Positions 1 to 9,579 of a stretch of DNA of 64,000 nt are shown one piece after another. Source of the stretch: Candidatus Limnocylindrales bacterium (GTDB taxonomy: Bacteria > Chloroflexota > Limnocylindria > Limnocylindrales > CSP1-4); contig DATBFJ010000028.1 in the NCBI GenBank assembly GCA_036558545.1, positions 4,259-68,258 on the forward strand. The letters are read 5' to 3'. Below the pieces are notes generated by a model. It was not told where the DNA came from and did not search any database. It worked only from the letters and a program-made list of their open reading frames with translations. A program made the translations under genes and the position numbers. The first letter of the stretch is position 1. The number at the start of each line of letters is the position of its first letter.

Positions 1-1
1 C

Positions 2-514
2 GGACCGCACTACGCGATGGATGGCGTCCGTAACGACCCGCCGCCGGTGCAGTCTGCGCTGCCGATCATCGTCGGCGGCGGGGGTGAGCAGGTCACGCTC
101 CGTCTCGTCGCGCGCTACGCCGACGCGTGCAACATTGGCTATGCCAATGGCATCGAGGCGTTCAAGCGCAAAGAGGCGGCGCTGCGCAGGCACTGCGAGG
201 AAGTCGGCCGTGACGAACGTGAGATCGAGCGGACGGTGAACATCGGGCCCGTGCTCATCCGCGATTCGGAGAAGGACGCGCTGCGTGTCCTCGAGGACGT
301 CTACGAGCACAACGGCAAGGCAGAGACGTGGGCCGGCAGACCGGCTTCGGCCCAGCCGGCTGGCTCGCCAGAGAAGATCGCAGAGCTGCTGGCGCCATAC
401 GTGGAAACTGGCTACCACCACGTGGTGATCGGTTTTCCGGCGCCGTACGACCAGGAAACCATGACCCGACTGATGACGGAGGTTCATCCAAAGCTCGCCG
501 CCTCAGTTGGCTGA
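2..514 (+). CDS. LLM-class (luciferase-like) F420-dependent oxidoreductase, C-terminal part; the 5' end lies outside the window
   Basis: ORF 17..514, with the frame open back to nt 2. The block PIIVGGGGEQ...LRLVARYADACN is typical of luciferase-like/F420-dependent oxidoreductases. Confidence 0.65.
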   Translation, partial: GPHYAMDGVRNDPPPVQSALPIIVGGGGEQVTLRLVARYADACNIGYANGIEAFKRKEAALRRHCEEVGRDEREIERTVNIGPVLIRDSEKDALRVLEDVYEHNGKAETWAGRPASAQPAGSPEKIAELLAPYVETGYHHVVIGFPAPYDQETMTRLMTEVHPKLAASVG

Positions 515-1415
515 GTTCGAGATCTCGCCAAGCGGCCGCTTCAGCCTGGCGGCCGCACAGGCCTTCGCTGGCGGCTTCCCGCCGGGAATTGGGGGCGGAG
601 AGGTGAGCTCGACAAACATCTCGATGGCCTTCCCGGTGGAAGGCACCGATTCATCCGCCGCAGTCGACATCCGCCAGCGGGATGACGGCGTCGTTGTTGG
701 TCGGACGGATGCTCCGTCATCGCTGCTCGACGCGGTTCGCAGGCAGGCGGCTCGTTCGTTGTCGCTCGATCACGATGGCACCGATTGGCCAGCCGTTGGC
801 AAGCGCGACCCGGTGATCGGCCGTCTTCAGGAGGCGCACGACTTCCTGCGACCGGTGTGCTTCTACTCGGCATACGAGGCGGCCTCATCGTTCGTCATTG
901 GGCAGCGCATCTCGATGCGCCAGGGGGCCCGGGTCAAGAAGTGGCTGGGCGAGCAATTAGGCGATCGCCCCACGGTTGGTGGGCACGAGTTCGTCGCGTT
1001 TCCACCGCCGGCGCGCCTGCTGGAAGCGACGACGGTGCCCGGACTTAACGAGAAGAAAATTGGCTGGCTGCATGGCATCGCCCGCGCCGCGATGGACGGG
1101 CGACTTGACACCGAACAGCTCCGCGCGATGCCGCGCGATGACGCGCTTGCCGCGCTGCGCCAATTACCGGGAGTCGGGGAGTTCACCGCCGAGGCGGTGT
1201 GGCTACGCGGCTGTGGCGTGATCGACGAGCTGCCGTCGTCAGAGGAAGCGAGCTTGATGGCCGCGCGAGAGCTGTACCAACGAGCTGATCTGGATCGTGC
1301 CGGCCTCGTCGGCATCGCTGACGCGTGGCGTCCCTACCGCATGTGGGCGACGGTCCTGCTGCGCGTGGGCTGGAACCGCGAGAAAGGGCCGCGCTCGTAC
1401 CGGCAGGGCGGCTGA
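507..1415 (+). CDS. DNA-3-methyladenine glycosylase II-like (AlkA/HhH-GPD family) base-excision repair glycosylase
   Basis: 302-aa ORF with a TTG start overlapping the upstream stop by 8 nt. It has a helix-hairpin-helix block LRQLPGVGEFTAEAVWLRGCG and an AlkA-like N-terminal domain. Confidence 0.65.
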   Translation: MAEFEISPSGRFSLAAAQAFAGGFPPGIGGGEVSSTNISMAFPVEGTDSSAAVDIRQRDDGVVVGRTDAPSSLLDAVRRQAARSLSLDHDGTDWPAVGKRDPVIGRLQEAHDFLRPVCFYSAYEAASSFVIGQRISMRQGARVKKWLGEQLGDRPTVGGHEFVAFPPPARLLEATTVPGLNEKKIGWLHGIARAAMDGRLDTEQLRAMPRDDALAALRQLPGVGEFTAEAVWLRGCGVIDELPSSEEASLMAARELYQRADLDRAGLVGIADAWRPYRMWATVLLRVGWNREKGPRSYRQGG

Positions 1416-1427
1416 CTTACCGCTGAC

Positions 1428-3098
1428 CTAGCAGTGTGTGTCGTTGGCCGGGACCGTGCCGCCGACGAGGAAATCGTCCACGTTCTGGACGATGCACTGA
1501 TTGCCCGATAGATAGGCGGTGTGGCCGTCGCCATCGCGCGTCAGCAGGACGCCGTTGTCCAGAGTCTTTGCCAGCTCTTGCGCCCAGACCAACGGCGTCG
1601 CCGGGTCGCGCGTCGTACCGACCACGAGAATGGGTGGCGTACCGGGCGCGGTGTAGTCGGGCGGCGTGAGCGCCGTCTTCTCGGGCCAATCGCCGCAGCC
1701 CATGTCCGCCATGCCGTAGACGATGTCGCCGAAGATCGGCGAGTCCGCGACGAATTTCGACTCGGAAATCTGGGTCGCCCCGCCGGCGACTTCCTGGTCG
1801 AGGCAGTTGATCGCCGTGTTCGCCTGGATCAGGTTGGTGATGTACTGCCCACCGGAACGACCGAAGTAGTCATCCGACAGAGCCAGCATTTGCTGGCCGC
1901 TGCCGTCGAACGCGGCGGCAAGCGCCGCCGTCAGAGACGGCCACGATTGCGGGCTGTACATGGTGTCAACGATCCCGTAGAAGGCGAGTGATTGGGTCAA
2001 CGGCCGTGCCGAGTCACCAGTCGGCAACGGGTCCCGGTCGACACTGGTCAACAGGTCGCGGATCTTCGTCGAGGCGTCGCTGACGCTCGAACCCAACGGG
2101 CATGAGGGTTGTCTGATGCAGTCCTTGATGTACGCGGTCACAGCGGTCTGAAAACCCTGGGTCTGACCCTCCGAAACCTGCATTCCGCTCAAGCTGGGCA
2201 TGAGCGCGCCGTCAAGCACGAAGCGATCGACCTTGTCCGGAAAGAGCGCGGCGTAGGTAGTGCCAAGGAACGTGCCATAGGAGAAGCCGAAGTAGTCGAG
2301 CTTGTCGTCGCCGAGAACCGCTCTGAGCACGTCGATGTCCTTGGCCGCCTCGATGGTCGTGACGTGGCTTGCGAGTAGGCCCGAGTTGGCCGCACACGCG
2401 GCGCCCTGGGCCTCAACCAGGTCGATTCCCTGCTGGCGCTCAGCAGGGTTGTCCGGCGTTGGGTCGATGGCATTCAACTTGTCGAGGTCAGCCGTGTCCA
2501 GGCACACGAGCGGGTCGCTCTTACCCGTCCCACGCGGATCAAAGCCGACAATGTCGTACGTTCCGGCGAGCGTGGGCGCGACCTGCGCCAGGTACGCGGC
2601 GAAGCCGATGCCCGCTGAGCCCGGACCGCCGGGATTGACAAACAGGTCTCCGCGCGGCGCGCTTGCCGTCTCGAAGCGAGCGACCGCTATGGCGGTTGTG
2701 CCCGCGCTTGGGTTGTCGTAATCGGTGGGAACGTAGATCGTCGCGCATTCGGCGATGGCGCCCGATGGAGTGCAGCGTGACCAGTCAGCGGTTTGGCTGT
2801 ACGCCTCGTCCACAGACGTGAACACCGGGCGCGTCCCGCTGACTGAAGCCGAGGGCGCCGGTGTGCCCGGCGAAGGTGATGGAGTGGCTGGAGGCAGCGA
2901 GCTTGACGGCGTCGCAGTCGGGTTCGGCGTGGGCGTGGCCGTGGCTCGCGCAGCAGTGGGAGACGGCGTCGGTTGGGCTTGACCGGTCGCCGCTGCCGTT
3001 GGAATCGGGCTCGACGTCGGCGCAATCGAGATGCAGCCCTGCACGATCGTCGCTGACACCAGGGCGACGGCCATCGCTTGTCGACGAAAACGAGTCAC
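1428..3098 (-). CDS. Secreted alpha/beta-hydrolase, S33 tripeptidyl-aminopeptidase-like (TAP family), probable lipoprotein
   Basis: 556 aa. It has a signal/lipobox-like N-terminus (AVALVSATIVQGC), a Pro/Thr/Ser linker and an NPGGPGSAG...GFSYGT hydrolase core. Confidence 0.75.
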   Translation of the reverse strand: MTRFRRQAMAVALVSATIVQGCISIAPTSSPIPTAAATGQAQPTPSPTAARATATPTPNPTATPSSSLPPATPSPSPGTPAPSASVSGTRPVFTSVDEAYSQTADWSRCTPSGAIAECATIYVPTDYDNPSAGTTAIAVARFETASAPRGDLFVNPGGPGSAGIGFAAYLAQVAPTLAGTYDIVGFDPRGTGKSDPLVCLDTADLDKLNAIDPTPDNPAERQQGIDLVEAQGAACAANSGLLASHVTTIEAAKDIDVLRAVLGDDKLDYFGFSYGTFLGTTYAALFPDKVDRFVLDGALMPSLSGMQVSEGQTQGFQTAVTAYIKDCIRQPSCPLGSSVSDASTKIRDLLTSVDRDPLPTGDSARPLTQSLAFYGIVDTMYSPQSWPSLTAALAAAFDGSGQQMLALSDDYFGRSGGQYITNLIQANTAINCLDQEVAGGATQISESKFVADSPIFGDIVYGMADMGCGDWPEKTALTPPDYTAPGTPPILVVGTTRDPATPLVWAQELAKTLDNGVLLTRDGDGHTAYLSGNQCIVQNVDDFLVGGTVPANDTHC

Positions 3099-3124
3099 GC
3101 AAGTGATCGTAGGGGCAGTTGTTG

Positions 3125-3180
3125 CCAGATCGCTGAGAGAAATAAGTCCCCAATAAGTAGCAATTCATAAAGTTTTGGCC
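3125..3180. promoter_or_regulatory. AT-rich island in the divergent intergenic region between the peptidase and comEA; probable promoter region
   Basis: The stretch gagagaaataagtccccaataagtagcaattcataaagttttgg is conspicuously AT-rich in a GC-rich window. It lies between two divergent gene starts. No -10/-35 assignment was attempted. Confidence 0.3.
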
Positions 3181-3276
3181 TCGCCTGCGCGACCGCCTGA
3201 AGTGCCCCGGGTGGTTGGCAGGCGAGAAGCGCTGCCTGATTTACAGACCCGCCACGCGCCCGCCAGGGAGCAAGAC

Positions 3277-4005
3277 GTGGACAGTCCTGGTGACTGGCGA
3301 GTCATCGACGCAGACGAAGATCGCGCGGATGCTCGCGGCCAACCCGCGCCCGAGCGAGGAGACGACCACGTTCCGCGCTGGCTGATTGGTGCTGTCGCGG
3401 CCATTGTGGCTGTCGCGGCCGCGTTGGCGATCTGGGCGACCCTGCCAGCCGGTGGCGTCGCGGTTCAGTCGTCGAGTGGCCCATTTGACCCGCGCGTCGT
3501 AGCTGACGCCACGCTCAGTTCCGGTGGCTCGCTGACGGCCGGTCCGGGCACCGTCGTGGTCGACGTCGAGGGCGCCGTCACGCTGCCTGGCGTGCACGAG
3601 CTGACCGTGGGAAGTCGCGTTGGTGATGCAATCACGGCGGCCGGTGGCTATGCCGCGACCGCAGACATCGACGCTGCCTCGCGAATGCTCAATCTGGCCG
3701 CACGGCTGACCGACGGCCAGCAGATCCACGTCCCGGCCTTGGGCGAACAGACAGTGGCCACGCCTAATTCCGAGGGCAACGCTGCCGGCAGTCAGGCGCC
3801 GGGATCAGGTGCCTTGATCGACATAAATCATGCGTCTGCCGATGAGCTCGACACGCTCCCAGGTATCGGCCCCGTTACGGCGGCAAAGATCATCGATGCC
3901 CGGACCGCGACACCCTTTGGCAGCGTCGATGAGCTGCAGTCGCGTGGCGTGGTCGGCCAGTCGACGTTCGACAAGCTGCGCGACCTCGTAACTGTCACCC
4001 CCTGA
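3277..4005 (+). CDS. comEA: Competence protein ComEA (TM anchor, SLBB domain, C-terminal helix-hairpin-helix DNA-binding domain)
   Basis: The C-terminus reads LIDINHASADELDTLPGIGPVTAAKIIDAR...FGSVDELQSRGV. The GTG at 3277 is preceded by AGGGAG with a 6-nt spacer. The ORF track starts earlier, at 3175. Confidence 0.8.
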   Translation: MDSPGDWRVIDADEDRADARGQPAPERGDDHVPRWLIGAVAAIVAVAAALAIWATLPAGGVAVQSSSGPFDPRVVADATLSSGGSLTAGPGTVVVDVEGAVTLPGVHELTVGSRVGDAITAAGGYAATADIDAASRMLNLAARLTDGQQIHVPALGEQTVATPNSEGNAAGSQAPGSGALIDINHASADELDTLPGIGPVTAAKIIDARTATPFGSVDELQSRGVVGQSTFDKLRDLVTVTP

Positions 4006-4009
4006 TCGA

Positions 4010-6664
4010 ATGCCGCGAACCGGCTGGGCGGCGATCGGCGCCGTTCTGGGCGCCTTGATTGCGGCCAACGCCGGGGACGCGCGAGTCGTTCTGATTTGCG
4101 CGGCTACCAGCGCAGCAATTTTCATTGCAGCGCGCTGGCTAACCGCAGCCCGGCGCGTGACCGTGGCGGCCACGGCCGCCGGTGCCTGCCTGATCTTGTG
4201 CCGAGCGGCTGCCGGCGGCCTGCTCCTGCCAGCGGTCTCAATGACGCCTGATGACGCAGCGCTCGGCAACAGGCACACCGGGCTCGTGCTCTCCGTGGGG
4301 ACGCCCGACGGCGGGCAACAGCGAGCCGTGGTCGAGCTGCGCTCGCCCGAGCCCGCCGTCACGGCCTACGTCTGGCTGCCGCGTTATCCGCAGATCGTTC
4401 CTGAGGACCTCATCGCGTTCGACGGCCGCCTGGAGGCGCCCCCGGCAGATGGCGATTTCGCCGACTACCTGGCCCGTAGCGGGATCGACTACACGCTGAA
4501 GGCACGGACCATGGACCGGCTGGGGGCCTCCGACTCGCCGCTCGCGGCGCTCGAGGGTATCCGACGTACCGCCAACGACCTGATCGATCGCGTGCTCCCG
4601 GAGCCACAGGCCGGTCTGGCCACTGCGATGGCCATTGGCCTGCGCGACGTCGTGGCGCGCCAGGTGAGCGACGACTTCCGAATCTCCGGCCTCAGCCACG
4701 TCGTGGCCATCAGCGGCTGGCACATCGCCATGCTCGGCGCGGTTGTTGCCGCGCTCCTCGGTGGATTGCCGCGCCGGCCTCGCTCCGTCCTCGTTGTCCT
4801 GGCGATTGCCGCCTACTCGATCCTGGCCGGCGCGGCGCCAAGCATTCTTCGCGCAGCCCTGATGGCCGCGGCGGTGATTGTCGCCAGGGAATCCGGACGC
4901 CGCGGGCAGGCAAAAGCCGCATTGGCCATTACCTGTCTGGGGCTGCTCGCGCTCGATCCGACGACGGTCAACGACGTAGGCTTCGAGCTGTCGGCAGTGG
5001 CGACCGCCGGCCTGCTGGCATGGGCATCGCCACTACACGAGTGGCTGTCGCGTCGAGTCCCCACCAACGCACCGGGCTGGTTGATCGAGGCGCTTTCCGT
5101 GTCGCTCGCGGCGCAGGCCGCGACGCTGCCGCTCATCCTGCTCCAATTCGGGCGACTGTCACTGGTGGCGCCCCTGGCGAATCTCCTGATCGCGCCGCTG
5201 GTCGCACCGGCGATGCTCATGACCGCGGTCTGTCTCGTCGCCGGCGCGACCCTCGCGCTGGGCTTGCCATCCGTCGCTATGGCACCCGTGGTGCTGGTCG
5301 GTGCGCTGTTGGTCGGCGCCATGGTCGAGATCGCACATCTCTGCGCGTCGTTGCCCTTCGCGTCAATCGATCTTCCAGCGCCGTTCAACCTGCTGGGCGC
5401 CGCGGCCAGCGCATTGGCCATCGTCGTGGTGATTGAACGACGCCGGCGGGCGACGCGACATCACGTGGCGAGTGAGACTCAACCCACGAGGCCGAAGCGC
5501 GCCGCTCCACGGCTGAAGCGCTCCTACCTTGTTGCGGCGAGTGCGGCCGTCGCGCTCGTATTCCTCCTCGCCGTCGTCACGCTCGCGCGGCCAGATGGCC
5601 GGCTGCACGTGACGGTCCTCGACATTGGCCAGGGCGACTCCATCCTGCTCGAGGGTCCCGCCGGCGGTCGCCTGCTCATAGACACCGGGCCCGATCCCGA
5701 CCTTGAGCTGACCCGCCTCGACGCGCGCATCCCGGCCTGGGACCGGCGGATTGACGTCGTCGTCCTGACTCATCCTCATGAAGACCACGTCGGTGGCCTG
5801 GCGCTGTTGCTGGAGCGATACCAGATCGGCCGAGTCGTCGAGTCGGGCATGGTCGGTCGCGGCCCGGGCGATGCCGCCTATAGGCGTGTGCTGGCCGAAC
5901 AGAATCGTCAAACCACGATCGCAGCAGCCGGCGACCGACTATGGCTCGACGGAATCGAGCTTGACGTGGACTGGCCGCCGCCGGGAACCGTGCCTGCACG
6001 CGCGAGTGACGACGGCAAACAGGTGAACAACGAGTCGATCGTCCTGGATCTCCGCTACGGCTCACGGCGGATGCTGTTCACCGGTGACATGGAGGAGGAC
6101 ATCGATCCACAGCTGATTGCGCGTGGTCTGGCCGAGCACCTCGGCGCTCACATAGACGTCCTGAAGGTGGCACATCACGGCTCGGCGACCGCCACGACCA
6201 ACGAGCTGCTCGACATACTGCAGCCAAGAATTGCCGTGATCAGCGTCGGCGCCGACAACAACTACGGTCACCCATCGCCGGCGACGATCGCCCGCCTCGA
6301 GAATCACGGCGCACAGGTCTACCGAACCGACCTGGACGGATCCGTCGAAATCAGCACGGACGGCCGCGACCTCATCGTCACCCCGGACAAGCAACGACAA
6401 CCGTCGGCGCCGGCCAAGGCCGCGGTGTTTTGGTGGGACGTTACCTACAATCGGGCGCGTGTCCGTTCCTTCGCGGCTAGAGGCCGCCGCTCTCGTACGG
6501 AGCCTGCACCCGAACTCAAAGCTGCTGCGCCACTCGACCGCGGTGGCGGAAGTGGCCGCCTTCCTTGGCGCTGCCATGGTCCGCCGCGGCGTGCTCGTCG
6601 ACGCAGCCGCTGTCGATGCCGCCGCGCTGCTTCACGACCTCGACAAGATGCTGCCCGACGATGA
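4010..6664 (+). CDS. comEC: DNA internalisation competence protein ComEC/Rec2 (DUF4131, competence membrane domain, metallo-beta-lactamase domain)
   Basis: 884-aa polytopic membrane ORF. Its MBL motif is VVLTHPHEDHVGG...VAHHGS. The last ~88 aa are Arg-rich and overlap the next gene (see findings). Confidence 0.85.
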   Translation: MPRTGWAAIGAVLGALIAANAGDARVVLICAATSAAIFIAARWLTAARRVTVAATAAGACLILCRAAAGGLLLPAVSMTPDDAALGNRHTGLVLSVGTPDGGQQRAVVELRSPEPAVTAYVWLPRYPQIVPEDLIAFDGRLEAPPADGDFADYLARSGIDYTLKARTMDRLGASDSPLAALEGIRRTANDLIDRVLPEPQAGLATAMAIGLRDVVARQVSDDFRISGLSHVVAISGWHIAMLGAVVAALLGGLPRRPRSVLVVLAIAAYSILAGAAPSILRAALMAAAVIVARESGRRGQAKAALAITCLGLLALDPTTVNDVGFELSAVATAGLLAWASPLHEWLSRRVPTNAPGWLIEALSVSLAAQAATLPLILLQFGRLSLVAPLANLLIAPLVAPAMLMTAVCLVAGATLALGLPSVAMAPVVLVGALLVGAMVEIAHLCASLPFASIDLPAPFNLLGAAASALAIVVVIERRRRATRHHVASETQPTRPKRAAPRLKRSYLVAASAAVALVFLLAVVTLARPDGRLHVTVLDIGQGDSILLEGPAGGRLLIDTGPDPDLELTRLDARIPAWDRRIDVVVLTHPHEDHVGGLALLLERYQIGRVVESGMVGRGPGDAAYRRVLAEQNRQTTIAAAGDRLWLDGIELDVDWPPPGTVPARASDDGKQVNNESIVLDLRYGSRRMLFTGDMEEDIDPQLIARGLAEHLGAHIDVLKVAHHGSATATTNELLDILQPRIAVISVGADNNYGHPSPATIARLENHGAQVYRTDLDGSVEISTDGRDLIVTPDKQRQPSAPAKAAVFWWDVTYNRARVRSFAARGRRSRTEPAPELKAAAPLDRGGGSGRLPWRCHGPPRRARRRSRCRCRRAASRPRQDAARR

Positions 6665-7043
6665 CCCACTCAAGGCGCTCGGTCACGGCGCAGCCGGCGC
6701 GGAGTGGTTGCGCCGGCGAGGCTATGCCGAGCTCGCGCCGGCCGTGGCAAGTCATCCCGTGATGGAACTTGGCACGGCCGCGACGTACGACGAGTGGGCG
6801 GACCGGGCCGGCTTGATCGGACGCGTCGTGACCTACGCGGACAAGCGGGCACGACAGGATGTTGTGACGCTGACCGACCGATTCGCTCGTTGGCACGCGC
6901 GTTACCCGGACAGCCCAAAGCTGGACGAGGCGGATGCTCGGGCACTGCTTCTGGAGGCCGAGATCTGCGGCCTTGCCGGGATTCAGCCGGAGGATGTGCT
7001 GCGCCAACGCTGGGTGACTGGAGCGCTGCGTGCCGCGGCCTGA
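6459..7043 (+). CDS. HD-domain phosphohydrolase (YqeK-like)
   Basis: 194 aa with the pattern HSTAVAEVA...LLHDLDK...GH..GAEWL...VASHP, typical of HD/HDIG hydrolases. It sits between comEC and holA. Confidence 0.6.
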   Translation: MSVPSRLEAAALVRSLHPNSKLLRHSTAVAEVAAFLGAAMVRRGVLVDAAAVDAAALLHDLDKMLPDDDPLKALGHGAAGAEWLRRRGYAELAPAVASHPVMELGTAATYDEWADRAGLIGRVVTYADKRARQDVVTLTDRFARWHARYPDSPKLDEADARALLLEAEICGLAGIQPEDVLRQRWVTGALRAAA

Positions 7044-8133
7044 CCTGGCCTACTTCTGGGGCGAGGACGCATGGTCGATCGAACGGGCCGGCCGCGACTT
7101 CCGATCAACGTTGGAGCAACGAGCCGGTCAGCCGTACGAGGTCTGGCGAACGAGCGGCGACGAAGACGACGCGAGCGCAGAAGTCGCGGCCGGCAAGCGC
7201 CGCGACCGAGTCATCGACGGCATCGCCGAGCATCTCGCCATCGCTCCGATGTTCTCTGCGGGCACGCTCGTGGTCGTGCGCCAGCCAGGCTCCCTGTTAC
7301 GCGAACAGGCCGCTCGCGAGCGCGTCATCCGCCTGGCGACCGATATCGCTCCAGGCAATGCGCTCGTGTTCCTGGACCTGCTCGCGGCCGGCGGCAGTGG
7401 CCCAGCCCAGCAAGGCGCGCTGCGCGACGCCATCGATGCCGCCGGTGGCACGGTCAAGGACTATCCGGCGCTTTCGCGCGAGCGCATGGAAGGCTGGATT
7501 GCCACTCGGGCGAGCGAGCTCGAGATCACGTTGGCACCCGGTGCGAGCAGGCTGCTTGCCGAGCGAGTCGGTGCTTACGTGCGCGAAGGCGATGTCGATC
7601 GTCGGCGCATGAGCGAGCTGGCCAACGGGGAGCTCGAGAAACTGGCTCTCTATCGGCCGAAGGGCACGATCGCGCGCGAAGACATCGACGAGCTGGTCGG
7701 CGAAGCCGTCCCCGGTTCGTCGTGGGCGTTCCAGGACGCGCTGGGCAGTCGCCGTACGTCGGAGGCCGCCACGCTTGCTCGCCGACTCATGGACGACGGC
7801 ACCGCGATCCAGGTCATGACCACGCTTATCCACCGCCGTTTGCGCGATCTGATCGTGGTCGCGGATCACCTCGCGGCCGGAACCAAGCCGCCTGACCTCG
7901 TCCGCGAGTTGCGCATGCAGCCCTTCAGGGTCCAGAAGCTGGCCGAACAGGCGCGCACGTGGCGCCAGGAGGAACTGGACAACGCGCTTTCAGAGCTGCT
8001 CGAGCTTGACCTGCTGAGCAAGGGCATCGCGTCGGACGGGTCGCCAAAGACCGTCTCTGACGATCGGTCGCAGCTCGCCCTGATCGCCTGGATCGGCACG
8101 AGCGTCGCCCGCGAAACGCAAAGAGTCGCCTAG
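7030..8133 (+). CDS. holA: DNA polymerase III delta subunit
   Basis: 367 aa. It occupies the conserved position after comEC and has a delta-subunit-like N-terminus (YFWGEDAWSIERA) and C-terminal helical domain. Confidence 0.8.
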   Translation: MPRPDLAYFWGEDAWSIERAGRDFRSTLEQRAGQPYEVWRTSGDEDDASAEVAAGKRRDRVIDGIAEHLAIAPMFSAGTLVVVRQPGSLLREQAARERVIRLATDIAPGNALVFLDLLAAGGSGPAQQGALRDAIDAAGGTVKDYPALSRERMEGWIATRASELEITLAPGASRLLAERVGAYVREGDVDRRRMSELANGELEKLALYRPKGTIAREDIDELVGEAVPGSSWAFQDALGSRRTSEAATLARRLMDDGTAIQVMTTLIHRRLRDLIVVADHLAAGTKPPDLVRELRMQPFRVQKLAEQARTWRQEELDNALSELLELDLLSKGIASDGSPKTVSDDRSQLALIAWIGTSVARETQRVA

Positions 8134-8161
8134 GAGGAGGTTCTAGGCGACTCGAGGAGGG

Positions 8162-8178
8162 CGGTCCCGATGGGACCG
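8162..8178. terminator. Short GC hairpin between convergent holA and the zinc-finger ORF
   Basis: The sequence cGGTCCC-gat-GGGACCg forms a 7-bp stem with a 3-nt loop. It has no U-tract, so its function as a terminator is uncertain. Confidence 0.3.
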
Positions 8179-8191
8179 GGTTGGGTTGGGG

Positions 8192-8446
8192 TCAGGAGGG
8201 CGAGGACCACGCGCCGCTGGTCAGCACCGCGTCGGTCTCGATTGCGAAAGTGCAGCGCCCCTCGGGCACCGACAGCAGCTCGATGAGGTCCGGATCGAGG
8301 TACAGCTGCTGGCACATCTCGCACAGGCTCGCCGGAAGGCCGAAGAAGAACTTCTCGCTGCCGTCATCGAGGCGGAAAGTCGCGTCGAAACGGGAGTTGA
8401 AGAGCTTCCGATTGCATACCGGGCATCCACTGCCCAAGCGAGCCAT
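8192..8446 (-). CDS. Small YgiT-type (MqsA N-terminal-like) zinc-finger protein
   Basis: 84 aa with high GC3. It has CPVC...(39 aa)...CEMCQQLYLDPD, matching the CxxC...CxxCGE-y pattern of YgiT-type zinc fingers. Confidence 0.45.
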   Translation of the reverse strand: MARLGSGCPVCNRKLFNSRFDATFRLDDGSEKFFFGLPASLCEMCQQLYLDPDLIELLSVPEGRCTFAIETDAVLTSGAWSSPS

Positions 8447-8525
8447 GCGGGGACTCTAGGTACGATCCGGTGCACTCCCACACGACCCAGCGGTACCAGG
8501 TCGTACCGCCTTCCGTCCTACCTGC

Positions 8526-8981
8526 TCACTGCAGGCGCAACAGGATCGGGGCCTCGGCCCACAGTCGCTCCAGTTGATAGAAGTCGCGCTCGGGCGGCGC
8601 CATGATATGGACGATCACCGCGCCAAAGTCGAGCAGCATCCAGTGCGCGCTCGAGGAGCCCTCGCGCCCAATCGGCTTTACCCCTTCGTCGCGCAGGCCT
8701 TCGGCAATTCCGTCGGAGATCGCGCCAAGCTGGCGTTCGGAGGAACCCGAGCAGATGACGAAATAATCCGCCAGGGAAGTGAGCGCGCCGATCTCAAGCA
8801 GGACGATGTCGGACGCCTTCTTGTCAGAGGCGAGGTCCACGATTCGTCGCGCCAAGGCAAGCGCGCTTTCATCCGACGCGCCCTTCTGTCCGCTTTCCGC
8901 CTTCGGGCGCACCGCGCGCCGGCGTGGCAGACCGCGGATGTCCTCAGGCTTCTGGTCGGTCACTGGGTCCATACAGTCCAT
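8526..8981 (-). CDS. rsfS: Ribosome silencing factor RsfS (iojap family)
   Basis: The block DIVLLEIGALTSLADYFVICSGSSERQLGAISDGI...WMLLDFGAVIVHIM is typical of RsfS. The start is taken at ATG 8981 (or 8972). The longer track ORF to 9197 overlaps nadD. Confidence 0.85.
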   Translation of the reverse strand: MDCMDPVTDQKPEDIRGLPRRRAVRPKAESGQKGASDESALALARRIVDLASDKKASDIVLLEIGALTSLADYFVICSGSSERQLGAISDGIAEGLRDEGVKPIGREGSSSAHWMLLDFGAVIVHIMAPPERDFYQLERLWAEAPILLRLQ

Positions 8982-9579
8982 GTTCGCCGATATATCGCTC
9001 GACGGCAGGCGGAACGAGGTAGCGGACCGACATTCCCGCCGCCAGACGAAGGCGGATGTTCGACGACGAGTGGCCAAGGATCGAGGTGGCCACGAACGTG
9101 AAGCGGTCAACGCGGCCAGGGAAGTGGGCCTCAATCCATTCGCGCGGCAGGTTCGCATAGCCCAGGCGAGGCACCACGCAGATCTCGGCAAGGTCAAGGA
9201 GCCGTTCCGGCTCGTGCCACTGTGGCAGGTGGGAGGCGCTCTCCGACGACAGGATCAGCACGAAACGGCAGTCGGGCATTTGTGCCACCAACCGCGCGAC
9301 AGTGTCGGCCGTGTAACCGGAGATGCCGCTCTCAATCTCGATTCGACTTACCGTGAACGCGCTGTTGTCGGCAATTGCCGCCTCGAGCATTGCAACGCGA
9401 TCCTCCGCGCTCACTTGCGCGGGTCCCTTGTGAACCGGCACGTTCGCCGGAACGAAGACGACGTGGTCGAGTCCAAGGGCGCCGCGAGTTTGTTCGGCGA
9501 TGGTCAGATGTGCGAAGTGGACCGGGTCAAAAACGCCGCCGAGAATTCCCCAGCGCTCGATCAAGACTCGTCGTCCCAC
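8944..9579 (-). CDS. nadD: Nicotinate-nucleotide adenylyltransferase
   Basis: It carries the GILGGVFDPVHFAHL (H/TxxH) motif. It is 211 aa and sits in the obg-nadD-rsfS order. Confidence 0.9.
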   Translation of the reverse strand: MGRRVLIERWGILGGVFDPVHFAHLTIAEQTRGALGLDHVVFVPANVPVHKGPAQVSAEDRVAMLEAAIADNSAFTVSRIEIESGISGYTADTVARLVAQMPDCRFVLILSSESASHLPQWHEPERLLDLAEICVVPRLGYANLPREWIEAHFPGRVDRFTFVATSILGHSSSNIRLRLAAGMSVRYLVPPAVERYIGEHGLYGPSDRPEA

